Part shown: positions 1 to 11,345 of the stretch, in pieces
How the letters are laid out: the number at the start of each line of letters is the position of its first letter
Numbering within the stretch: the stretch's first letter is position 1
Source of the DNA: Isurus oxyrinchus
Taxonomy: Eukaryota
DNA length: 64,000 nt
Reading direction: 5' to 3'
NCBI GenBank assembly: GCA_026770705.1
Contig: JANJGN010000025.1
Coordinates: 31,372,001 to 31,436,000 of the forward strand
Position numbers and translations under genes: made by a program
The notes under the pieces: model-generated
What the model was told of the DNA's origin: nothing
The model's database searches: none
The model's input: the letters and a program-made list of their open reading frames with translations, nothing else

Positions 1-413
1 TGTGACACAAAAAAATGAAGAGAGGGAAGAAAAAAAAAGGACTGTGGATTTCAATGACTGTACATGAACTTAAAAAAAACGCATTCAAAAACTCTCCTGT
101 GTCGTTCAGAACAACTTGCTACTTATCATTTTTGTAACAAAAGGAAATTAGTCTTTTATTTTGGTTTATTTTGTAAACTTTTGAGAAATATCGATATAAA
201 GATAAGTGCATTTAAACAAGAATCTCAAAATTAGGAGGAAAGAAAATAACATTTTCCAAATTATTATAAATTGTCCTGTGTCTATGTATCTATAGCTGTT
301 TTGTATTTTTCCTGGTTTCAAACCAGTCTCCTCTGTGATTCTCTACTAATAATTTTGATATAACCATTGCTTCTTATCAGATACGGTGTATCACGTAAAT
401 ATGTTCTGCAAGA

Positions 414-419
414 ATTAAA
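414..419 (+). terminator. Candidate proximal polyadenylation signal ATTAAA
   Basis: ATTAAA inside the conserved block GCAAGAATTAAAACTGA. Confidence 0.4.
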
Positions 420-484
420 ACTGAATCCACTAAAACGTTAGACGAAAGGTTTTATTGACAGAATTGAAACTTAATGCTGGAAAC

Positions 485-1104
485 GCACTTATAGTGTTAA
501 CTCATAAGACGTTTAATTTGGGGAAGATGGACTGCAGACCTATATTAAATGATACACACTTGTAATTTAAAAATCCATTGTTGAAAACTCGTTAATATTG
601 ACATGTTGGGGGGGGGGGGAGGAGTACATTGTGGGTATATTTCTGAAAGCAAAAATCTTTTACGTGTCCAAGACACAGTACAATTTTCTTTCATTAAATT
701 TAAGAAAATTTTAGCGATCTGAATGTGGCTCCATTTAGTTCCTGTTGCAGTATAGAGTCCTACCAGGCTCCAAAAATAAAAACGCCTGTTTGTATATTTC
801 CAGTCCATTTGTAACAATTATCAACCCCCTGCCCTTTTAAAGGAAAGTAATGCCACAATTTCTTTTCTTGGATTCAGCATGGAACTCTATGTCGGCACTT
901 ACTATTTGACATGTGGTTAATTAAGTATCTAGAGTTTACAGTCGTGTATACAAGCTGAAGGTTTTTTTTAAGTGCAACATTTCTGTACTGTAAAGAGTTA
1001 TGATTGGATTGTTTGGTCAGTCTTGTGTGTTATATTCAAGAAAAAAATGAAAGTATTCGGAGATTATAATATTATTTGATATATGGAACTTTTTCGCTGT
1101 TACA
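485..1104 (+). promoter_or_regulatory. miRNA seed matches in the 3' UTR: miR-302/430 (GCACTTA 485-491, 895-901), miR-101 8mer (GTACTGTA 985-992), miR-194 8mer (CTGTTACA 1097-1104)
   Basis: Exact seed complements seen in the sequence. miR-302, miR-101 and miR-194 are reported regulators of mammalian NR2F2. Confidence 0.55.
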
Positions 1105-1588
1105 ACTGTATGTTCACCCAAGGGAAAAAAATCTCATTACAATGGTCAAACATCGCAGTTTACTGGAGTCATTACAATTCGTGGATTATTTGTCTTATTT
1201 ACTCAATATACCTGTATGGTTTACTACCACTGTCTGTAGTAGTGGACAAACCACATGCTCTTTCAATGAAAGGATAAACCGTGGACTCATGCTGCTCATT
1301 GTCTTTTGGGTTTAGCAGTGACACCTTAAAGATACAGTCAAAATCCCCAATACGAGACGCCGTTCCCCCTCCTCTTTTAAATTCAAAATGCCATAGGGAT
1401 TTTGACCACCGACCCTTATTTAGTTCTAACTTAAGTGCCTGTGCAACCAATGTACATTAGACAGGTGTTAGGAAGCATGGATCATTATGTGTTTTAATGG
1501 TCAAGATTTTGTTTTGAAGCTTATTGTGTCTAAAGTTCACGCACAGAACACACTTAAACAAGCAATTGCTACTAGGAACAGTGTTGAT

Positions 1589-1660
1589 TGTAAATAAAAT
1601 ATATTAAATGAATTTATTCAAAAAAGTATGTCTGGAAAAATGTGGTTGCCAATTTTTGTT
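1589..1660 (+). terminator. Main candidate polyadenylation site: TGTA + AATAAA (1593-1598) + ATTAAA (1603-1608) + downstream GU/U-rich element
   Basis: TGTAAATAAAATATATTAAATG, followed ~40 nt later by TGTGGTTGCCAATTTTTGTT: canonical cleavage/polyadenylation architecture. Confidence 0.65.
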
Positions 1661-2445
1661 ATTGGAAGTTCTTCAAACTGAGGATGATGTGACTGACGTT
1701 TGATGTGTAGCACTATAAGTGAGCCTGATTTAATGGATATAAATATAAATTCATTTGAATTTTTATATATGGGAATAGACTGTGAGAGCATGGCCACAGG
1801 TCGCTAACACATTTTACATTTGTTACATACATGTAAATGTTGGATTGTATAGAGGATATACATTTTGGCGAATGTTTGCCTTCAGTGCTCCCATATACCC
1901 TTGTATTAAAAACAAAACACAAAAAAAAACAGAGCGAGCTGGTTTGAGTTGGCCAAGCCATTTGTTCCAAGCTTTTCTGGTAGTGCTGCTACCTACACTG
2001 CAGTGTGAAAACTTGCATTTTGTCCCTTTTAAAGAAAAAGACAAAAAAAACTTTTTTTGTGTGTGTGGCTATCCAGCCACATACTACATCATGTTGTGGT
2101 TGCACACAAAAAAAGAATCATTTTGTATAGTTGATGGAACAGTGATCTTTACCTGTTATAGAGACAGATCTGGACCAGAAATGATGTATGGTTGTGATTA
2201 TTAACACGTTTGCAGCTGACCCACGTTTTTTTACTTCAGGGTATTGCTCCGCTGTTCTAACTTATAGATCGAGCCTTTTCAGATGTTTTTTTTATTGCAA
2301 GTAATATGTGTATGGAGTTACTCCGCCAGACTCCTGTTTGTGTTAGCTATTGTATACAGCGTTTTTGTTGTAAATTGTTCTTGGTATTAAATTATAATTT
2401 ATGGCTTTGAATCAAAGGCTCTCACTGTTTTATTCCCTATTTTCT
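1626..2445 (+). other. Possible extended 3' UTR ending at a distal ATTAAA (2386-2391)
   Basis: UTR-like U/UG-rich, CpG-poor composition continues. TGTA motifs precede ATTAAA at 2386-2391, and CTGTTTTATT follows. Confidence 0.4.
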
Positions 2446-2712
2446 TAATTTAAATATTGATAAGCGGGGGCCTTGACCATAACCAACTATGATGCATAAT
2501 GGTATCTATACAGAGTAAGAAGCTGTATCTCTGTACAGTAAAGTTTCTCAACTGCAGATCGCAAGGTTACCTGTTCTACATTTAGAATAGGTTAGTCTTT
2601 TTTCTTACTAACCGCCTAACTCCTTCCCCTCCGCTGCCACCCCTCACTCCAAAATGTTACCCCCAATCTAGCTGCTTTAGAACAATAAAATTAACCCGGG
2701 GGGGGGGGGGGG

Positions 2713-3060
2713 TGAAACTGACAAAAGGGATTGAAATTGACGAGCTTGTCCTTTAACTGGAGAGATCTGAGGCTGTTGAAATATGGTGACGCTCGCTGAA
2801 GTGTCCATTTATTTTTCCTGCGGCTTTTAAAAAAAATCTGATCTCACTTCGCATTTCTGTGCTAGGGGTTAAAAGAAACCAGCCAAACATGATCTGCAAG
2901 CTTGTATGGCTCCGGCGTGCCGCCCCCTCTCTCTCTCTCGCTCTCTCTCTCTTTCTCTCAAACACTTTTTTTTTGATGGGAGGTCTGTGCAATATGACTT
3001 CACTCAGTAAGCTCGGTAACCCAAGTGTTTTCCCTTTAACCGCTAATGCCCAAATTCTGA
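2713..3060. promoter_or_regulatory. Candidate conserved non-coding element just downstream of the gene
   Basis: Complex non-repetitive block bounded by G/C homopolymers. Conservation is inferred, not tested. Confidence 0.3.
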
Positions 3061-3138
3061 GGGTGGTGGGTGGTGGAGGGGTGTATATCAGATCATGCTT
3101 TACAAGGCGGCTCGGCGATATTTAAACAGCAACAATAA

Positions 3139-3416
3139 CCCCCCCCCCCCCCCCCCCCCCCACCACCACCCCCTCCCCACAAAAAAAAAGCCCAATTAAG
3201 CGGATATAACTCAATATTACGCCATCTGCACTGCACCAAATCCAGTGCGATTTCTGAATGTTGCTTTGAAAAACGGGACGCGGTTGCGTTGTGATAGAAA
3301 GTTTTGTGCATTCTTCCTCCGTCTGTCTTTAATGGGAATTTTTTTTTTGGGGGGGGGAGGGAGGAGGGGGGCGTGGTGGGGGGGGGGAGGTGGGGGGCGG
3401 GTGTGGGGATGGGGGT
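3139..3416. repeat. C23 tract (3139-3161) and G-rich low-complexity tract (3349-3416) with G-quadruplex potential
   Basis: Directly visible runs; many GGG+ runs with short loops in 3349-3416. Confidence 0.85.
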
Positions 3417-3454
3417 GTATTTGTAATCGGAGACCGAGCGTGTGAAAGTATGTG

Positions 3455-3660
3455 TTCAGCCGGCTGGGCTTAGTGTCCTGTTAGCAAACCCAACATGGCG
3501 GCGTGTAATATGCTGCCGTCTCCAGGCGAGCAGTAATAGGAAACACATTTCAATGCCCCCCCCCCCCCCCAACCCCCTTTGCCATTTGTGTACAGAGCGG
3601 CTCCAATAAAACTATTAGCGGCAGGATATATGTATCGGCCTTATTTATTTATTCTTTTGC
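3455..3660. promoter_or_regulatory. CpG-rich element with YY1 motif CAACATGGCGGC (3491-3502)
   Basis: Strong match to the YY1 consensus AANATGGCGGC in a CpG-rich context. Confidence 0.45.
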
Positions 3661-5607
3661 AATCGTAAACGAGAGCGATCTAAGGGGGGTGTGTGTGTGT
3701 GTGTGTGTGGAAATGAGGAACCTCGGGTCTGGAAATGCAGTTGTTTCTTGCTGGAGCCGAGCAGATTTTATCCCTTGCACAGCCCTCGAGATAAAAAGGC
3801 CCGGCGTTTCACGCGATCCCTATTGTAGTTTGACATTTAAATATGCAAAAAACAACAAAATCGCCGGCTTCTCAATCCAATCGTCTTTTATAGAGTGCAG
3901 TGTATTGGCTGCACATAGCAACACAAAATAATAACGTGCATTTGCATAGATAGTTGTCTCCTGAACAATCTGTTTACACTGCTGCGCTCCGCATAACATG
4001 CTCCCCACTTCTCCGCTTAAAATCTGTTCCCCATCGCAAAGACCGAAAGGGTTAAATTCAGTCTTGTTCGGTTTAATAGTGTCAGGACAAAGCTAACAAA
4101 AAAAAACGCAAGTGATTTAACAAAGTTTGCATTAGCCGCGCCATCGGCTTGAGGGAAATGTATTTACAGCTTTTGAGGCACAGAAAATCCAGAATCTTAA
4201 ACTCCCGCCAGCATTTATTTATTTAAACTGGGCTGAAAGTTGCTTCAGATGATTCTCTCACCCCCCCACCAACACCCCCCCCCCCCATTTTCTCAAATTT
4301 CAAAGCCTCCCCACTGTGTTGTTGGGCTAATTAATGGTGAAACGCAACTAAAGCTAATTACTCAATAATTTTAAAGTAGTTAAAGCTGGGCGTTGGTTGT
4401 AACAGGATTCGAGTTGGTGAAGAAAAAGTTTGATCGTTATGTGTGGCTGTTAAACTCATTCAATATAAATGCATTTAATCACTAGAATATTCTTTAAATC
4501 TCAGACCTCGAAAAGCCAGTGGCGTTGTGTTTTTTTTAAAGAAAAGCACAACGTTGAGAGATGTGATTTCTTGCAAAATTTGAGTTGCAAATATTCCAAC
4601 GCAAAATTAATTTTAGTGCAGCTTTCAACGTAAAGATGATTGTCTCTGTGCTCGAGCTCCAAGGGACTGGGATGCAATTTTGCAGCAATTTCTATCATGG
4701 TTCTAGGGGGCTGATTTCAGTTGACAACGCGTGTGCTTGGCTTGAACTCTATAATTTGCACTTATGTCCCCGTATTACGAGCGTACAGCGAACTAATGAG
4801 CGCTTGCTTAGCCGAATGTCACATTTATTTATTTCCTTCTGCAGAAAGTTTGAGAAAGAGCCGAGGGTATGCACGAAGTCCCAGCGCTTCGTGGCACAGC
4901 CATCGGGATAACTTCACGCACGCAGACATACACACATTTCAATCCACAAGGAAGGATTTGGGTTTTTTTTTAAATGGAAATGTCACCTGGAATGGCGCCG
5001 CATTCTGCCACTTACTTTCACTTGTAAAATGGAAGTATAATCAATAATAGAATCGTGTAAGCATGAAACTGCACACGCACACACACAGTTTCAACTAATC
5101 GTAATGTATATTGACTTGAAAGCGGCTTCTAAGACGCTGACATTGTGGCGGGAAGCACGAAACATGGACAAAACAGAACTGTCTGGATTTTAAATAAAGT
5201 GCAAATTTCCATGAAACCCTCTGGTTCGGGCTGCAGCGTGATAACATACCACTAGCTAAGCTTCAGTATGTTCACACAAATCCTTTTTTAAAATATATTT
5301 TTCCCCCTTTTTTTGTCTCCCCGGGAGGTTGTCCGTCTTAAGCAGTTTTACCTTTTGAGAGAAGGTGGCATAAATCTCTTGACAAGAAAAGTGTTATTGA
5401 TTACATTGTTAACACACACACACACGTATTTTGCGTTCTGTGCAGAGCATGCTAAAACCTGGAGTAATTTAAAAAAAAACACACCTCTAACTGTGAGATG
5501 CAAACTGCATTATGAGGGGAACATTGGACTTTACGATTCCAGGCGTTTTATCTGGGCACTCAGACACTAACCCAGCTAAGGTGTGTGATTGAAAACGATT
5601 ATCCTGT

Positions 5608-5738
5608 NNNNNNNNNNNNNNNNNNNNNNNNNNNNNNNNNNNNNNNNNNNNNNNNNNNNNNNNNNNNNNNNNNNNNNNNNNNNNNNNNNNNNNNNNNNNN
5701 NNNNNNNNNNNNNNNNNNNNNNNNNNNNNNNNNNNNNN
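5608..5738. other. Assembly gap (131 N)
   Basis: Run of N. Confidence 1.
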
Positions 5739-6959
5739 AGTTGGATATGATGAAGCACTCTTTAGAAGGAGAACAGCCTGATTACTGCTATACTGCGCCT
5801 TTGATGCTCCGTTTCTAACTTTCTATCATCAGGCTCCCCACGCTCTTTCCAAAGTCATTTAATAAATGTCTATTAAAGCGCTACAAAAACGGGATAAATT
5901 TACTGTAGCTGCCGCCTTACAGGAACGAAATGCTAATGATGGATTTACCACCAGGGATTCGCCTTCAACTCAACCAGGCTGCTGTTCGCGGCCTGAGTCC
6001 TCTAAAACTCAAAGCTTCTGCACTATTTATTTTCAGTTCAAATTGACATTTCTTGGGAGGAGAATTAATTTATTGACAGCCCCACGGAATAATGTTGCCC
6101 TTCTCCACAATCTTTACTTCTGCAATTTTTCTTCATAAACGCGTGATTTGCGAATTCCTTTGTGCAAACTTTTACAGGCTTCATTGAGATGTCTATGTTC
6201 TGCTTGTCTGTCAAGTTATCTCTGTGCACACAAAGAAAGTGCTTCTAAATGGACTTAGTTCTCAGCGTGTGTGCTCTCTAAATGTTAGAAAATTGTGCCA
6301 TCTACCCGTTATTCACAGAATTGTCACTTAAGGACCTACTTCGAGTTTCAACCACAAGTTAAACACGACAGGGACACGAATGGTTCAAAGTGGGGGAAAA
6401 GCTATATTACTTTAATGCCGACACTCAGGCAGAAGTTAACCATGTTACTTCATTCCTTTTTTTTTCTATTTCTCATAATTACTAATCTTCAGTTTTATTA
6501 AAACCTGTCCTATATTACCCACCTGTTAGGCATCGTTTCGGAAGGCTGTGTGTCATGGACAACGTTTGTGCACTATGTAAATAGCGCAGATGCTAACATT
6601 TGACCACACATAGAGGCCGAAAGGAGAAAGAAACTCCGCTAGCACATTTTGCTCCAACTTTATAATGGGACATCCTTAGTTCGTCCCCCGGGGCCGGATC
6701 CTATCTCTCAAAAAAAAATCAAGCCTGGGATCTCAGATCGTGGAAAAGTGTGAACAAGGGGCAGAACGCAGAATGTAGAATCCTGCACAACTCCGCGCAC
6801 ATGAAAGTAACTCGGAGGTCGTAAGGGGGCTACCTTTGCTCTGCTCAACAAACAAAAATTTAAGCAAAACATGAACACAGTATTCGAAGTGTTTGTCCGT
6901 TCCTTTGTTTTTATTTCCACGGGTACTTCTTTTTACATTCTCCCCTGACAGGGAGGAAC

Positions 6960-7500
6960 TCTCCATTGTGGATGGATTGCTATTAAACAAGTGCACTAAC
7001 CCGGCCACATCACTAATGAAGTCAGTTTGGTAACTTTAGCGTTGCGCCCGGTTTTACAGCCCTACAATTTCGTCGCAAACACTTAGCAACTCGTACTTGA
7101 GGAACGCCGGACTTTTCACCAACACAGGCTAGCATAGCGAACCCAGTTTCGGTAGTTTAACCTAGCACTGAAGTGAAATAACACAGAGTTAATCATTAAA
7201 TAGATACCCGGGTTTGGATGGGATTTGCAAGCGAAGGATCATTTTCTGTCTGTTTATCATTGATGGGCGAGACGGTGCGGGTGCTCGGGAAATACAACCT
7301 GGGTTGTTAACAAAAGTTGTTGGCTAGTAAGTAGCCCCGTGCTAAAGATGAGGCTGATTATATCATTGCTGCGCCGCATAAATGAGACGTCCTGAGAGCC
7401 CAGGGTCAACCATCGATCCCTTCCTATATAACGAAAGGACGGGTTAATTTTCTCTCATTAGCATTTCCCATTGCACGAACCTACAGATTGACAACTAACA
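6960..7500. promoter_or_regulatory. CpG-rich candidate promoter/enhancer (GGGTCA 7403-7408, TATATAA 7425-7431, several TAAT/ATTA sites)
   Basis: Motifs seen directly; function inferred. Confidence 0.35.
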
Positions 7501-7831
7501 CATCTGCTCTGTGCTTATTTTAAAAAAAGCTTTTCCTCATCAGAAAACGCGAGTCTCATCTCTACACGTCCCTCTTTTTTGTCTTTTATTACTGCTAAAG
7601 AGAAACACACCAAGTCACCCAATCAATTCCACCTCTTCATTCATTTTCCTTCAGTCCTTCTTCCCCCATTTTTTCCTTTTTGTTTATTACCTCCTTTCGC
7701 CCCCCACCTCCCCCCAACTATATTTCGTCTTCTCCAAACCCGTCCTCTCTCTATCCCCATGCCTTGATGTTTTGTTTGCCCCTGTGAAATAGACGAGGTT
7801 TGGTCGACACCAAAGTGGCAAAGTTCAGATT

Positions 7832-8020
7832 GAGGGAGAGGGAGAGAGGGAGAGAGAGAGAGAGAGAGAAAAAAAACTCCAGCGACGAACAAAAGGATGC
7901 CTGGGCTTGGAAACTATGGCAGGGATATGAAAACCGCAGTTTCGACTGGTGTATGTATGCGTGTGTGCGTGTGTCTGTGTGTGTCTGTATGTGTGTGTGT
8001 GTGTGTGTGTGTCTGCGTGT
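7832..8020. repeat. (GA)n (7832-7868) and imperfect (TG)n (7950-8020) microsatellites
   Basis: Visible dinucleotide repeats. Confidence 0.9.
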
Positions 8021-8769
8021 ATTTTAAAGGTTTCTTTGAACTGCCTTTGTGCTGAGTCGGCGCTGCTTTTTGCCAATGCAAGTCACGGTCATACGAACTT
8101 TGTGTTAACCTCTTATGTCGAATGAATCTTTTCATTTGGAAAGACATAAATCTCATTCCGTAGCTCCTTTTGTGCAGCACGCTACGACTTAGCAAAGCCA
8201 AGTGTGCGTTCAACAACAACAACAACAAAAAGTTAAAAGAAAAGTTGCAACCGATTTTTTTAAAAAAGTATAAGTTTAAAAAAAAATAGATTGCAGTGTA
8301 AAGAGCGGAGCTGGCTGCTCACAGGAGGCATCGTGGAAGCGATCGGACTGGAAACGGAGCGCACACATACACAGTAAGCAAGCTATTTTCTAAAAAGCTC
8401 CTTCAAGGTTCGCATGGAGACGGTGATTTATCATTCCGAAACGGTCATTATTTTGGTGAATTTCAAGTAGTTAGGACCTGCTGTGATTTGAGCCGAGTGG
8501 GTAGAAACGGGACGAAGGGCTGACGGGTGAGAGAGAGCGAGAGATTCAGGACGTGGAAAATACGTTTTTTTAAAAAAAATGGTCATTTAAAAAGGATGCT
8601 TGTAAACGAGCTGTACAGCGACACGCACACGCGAAAAAGAATATTTTAGCTGAAGTTTATGTCGATCTGTCAGCATTTGGGGATTGTGGGGGGGGGGGGG
8701 GGAAGGGCCTGTAAATGTTGTGCATGCGCGAAAAAGAATGAGTGGAGAGAGCGAGAGAGAGAGAGAGAA

Positions 8770-8910
8770 AGTTTAACATTAAAGCATCTGGCCTGCAAAA
8801 CTCTCCGAATTTAAAATGGAAGTGTCAGGATTCCATTAAACAATGACTGTTACACTGCTCATTCCCGTATTGTGATGAATTTATGTGTTTTATGCTTGTA
8901 AGTGAGTCTT
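8770..8910. promoter_or_regulatory. Candidate CNE with TGTCAG (Meis), CCATTA (Hox), AACAAT (Sox) and TGATGAATTTAT (Pbx-Hox-like)
   Basis: Dense developmental TF motifs in about 140 bp. Confidence 0.45.
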
Positions 8911-10529
8911 TTTTTGAGTGTCGGTTTTTGGTTTTATTTTAAACCTTATCATTAAGTTCTCCGTAGCGACTGCCCGTTCGTTCTGGACGGTTGAGACCTA
9001 TTGTAATTCGCCGTAGCTGTAGCCATAAAATGCTCTTTAGACAGCGTGTCGACCATCCGTTGCGGCGTGCGGTATTGCAATTAGCATCTATCTGCTTTCC
9101 TTTCTCTCCTTCCCTCCCCACAACCGCACCCCCCCCCCCCCATCTCTTTTCATCTTTGCTTTCTTCTACTCCTTCTTTTCCTACCTGCGAACGTTTCATT
9201 ATTAATGCTTTCTCCAATCGACTATTACACTCCCTCACCCACCCACCACCCCCGCCCTTGTCGAATCTTTCTACACTCGGCATCATTGTGGGACAGCCGT
9301 GCTTATCACTACCGGTACAGGAGGATTCATTCGTCTCTCAGCGTTCCACTCAGAGGGTTATTAATTGCCACTACAATGCTGGTGATTTTTAACTAATAAC
9401 AAAGTTGTAAATTAACGCGTTCCTTCAAATATTCCTAATTTGTCAACATTGATTGATTTGATTAATACACCTCTAGTATAGATAATGTTGCAACCAGTAT
9501 ATTTGCGGTGTGGCTGTGTGAGAGGCTGGTAGTTTCCTATTATGAAAAACTTAATGACACAAATGTATTCTTTTTGTTAGTGGCATTATCAGCTCAACCT
9601 TTAGATAAGAAACGATCGCATGGCAAAAATTTCCGCCGCACCGTAATCTAAAATGCCAGTTTATTCGGTGCTGCTCTCTATTACAGTGAGTGGTACAGTA
9701 CAGTAGTTATAAAGTTCGATATGTGTTTGTTCACGTAGAAATTGACATAGATCGTTCACACGACGCTCATCTTGATCAATGTAAGCCCCAACATATTTAT
9801 TTAAAAAAAAACTCGAGGTGAAGTATAGCAGTGCTGATGCTTGAATACGGCATGTAGAACACCTGGAAGTCAAGAGAATACTGTTAAACTTCGACCTCTG
9901 GTCCTTTGGTTTTTTCTTTTGGGATAAAGCCGGGGAGAGAGTGGTTTGAATCGTCTCAAAGGATGGTTAAAAAGCCTGAAAGAATAGCACGCTCTGATGA
10001 TGAACTTACTGCCAACGTTAAGCCTTTAAGCCCTTTGGCGCATTCTGACAGTTTTCTATTGGAAAACAGTAACTAAGATTTGCAAAGTTCTCTCATCCTA
10101 TGAACACCTATTGTTTCGCCTCATTTCCACCACTTTCACTAGATTCTAACAATCTATTATATATATATATATACACAAGTGCATCCATGTTTGTTCTTTT
10201 TCCTTCATAGATCTAAAAACAAAAACTTTCAGCCTGCACGAATTTGGTGAATCTGCCATACTAACGAGAAGCGAGCAGGAGGCTGTTTTATTTACCTTAT
10301 CAACATTCATATTAGAAGTACAAACGTGCTTGTGCGAAACAAACTTTCCACAGAAATTAAATTTAAATGGAAGTTGCAACCTCTGCGAGACCGTATATAT
10401 ATATATATATATATAAATGAGGAATTCAATCTGCCGAGTATTGTGACTCGTCTTTAAATAGGTTGTATTTGTGTGCATGAAACCTTTGTCTGGGTTTGGG
10501 TGCAAAGCTTTTCAAGCAGACCTAGCGAT

Positions 10530-10541
10530 AGTTCAGGGTCA
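10530..10541 (+). promoter_or_regulatory. Nuclear-receptor DR0 element AGTTCA-GGGTCA
   Basis: Two perfect RGKTCA half-sites with no spacer. Confidence 0.4.
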
Positions 10542-11119
10542 CTGGCAATTTACTGTCCCATTACTTTAAAGCATAGCACCCCAAACTATTCAAGAAATAA
10601 GAAAATTGGAACGGCTGCTAAATACTACCTCGACGCTTTCCTCCCACATAACCTGCCCAAGAGTTCGGTTCATTTAAACGGAAATATATTGAGACATTTC
10701 AGGGACACAAATGGCGCACACTGCACGTTCACACTGTGAATGGGATACTTTGCCATGACATAAAGCATAACTTACACAGAATGCACTTCAACAGTCAACA
10801 TTTTCCAAGGCAGTTAAACGTAGAAATCCTTGTAAAGGAGGTGACACTAAACGCGTTTCAGCGACTTGCTGGTGCAATGGATTGCATTATGTGCATTTCA
10901 TGTGTAAATGTCTGTGTGACACATTTCGACAGTAAAGGAGAAGTCAGGCTGTACTATCATGCATTGGTGTAAAATAGTGTCCTGATTGATCGAGGAAAAT
11001 TTATTTATTCCTAAAAGCCTAACCTTTAAAACATAACAACAGCCTGGAGGACTCGTGCTCCATTGAATGGTCTGATTCGTTTGTCCAGCTCGGTAAACGT
11101 GGTTTGATGAGAATGTTAA

Positions 11120-11345
11120 ATTTCTATTAATTGCCTAGAAGCCAACGGGAAAAGAATCCATACATCAGATCCAGCAGAAAGTCTAAACTTCTAATATCAT
11201 TAGCTGGGAGACAGAATAAGGCGTCATATGGCGATATAGTAAGTAGTTAATCCTTGTAGCATCTCTTCAAATTTGATTATTAAATCGGTGGCCAGCAATA
11301 ATTTATTTACAGAGTGACTCACACATCTTGTATATTGATGACATA
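11120..11345. promoter_or_regulatory. Candidate CNE (homeodomain TAAT sites, Fox TATTTAC, AP-1 TGACTCA 11315-11321)
   Basis: Motif cluster in non-repetitive sequence. Confidence 0.35.

Larger units (their letters stand above)
1..1625 (+). other. NR2F2: 3' UTR (terminal exon) of NR2F2/COUP-TFII; the CDS lies upstream of the window
   Basis: Blocks such as AACTCTCCTGTGTCGTTCAGAACAACTTGCTACTTATCATTTTTGTA-ACAAAAGGAAATTAGTC (~90-153), TTGTCCTGTGTCTATGTA (~271-288), ATATGTTCTGCAAGAATTAAAACTGA (~399-424) and GGAAACGCACTTA (~479-491) match, in order, my recollection of the human NR2F2 3' UTR. No ORF. Ends at a poly(A) signal cluster near 1593-1608. Identified from memory, not BLAST. Confidence 0.85.

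Noticed and set aside
1-500. 3' UTR of NR2F1 or a Sox gene
   Set aside because: The ordered conserved blocks match my recollection of NR2F2 specifically. A BLAST would settle it.
5576-5818. ORFs with long X runs
   Set aside because: Artefacts of the N gap.
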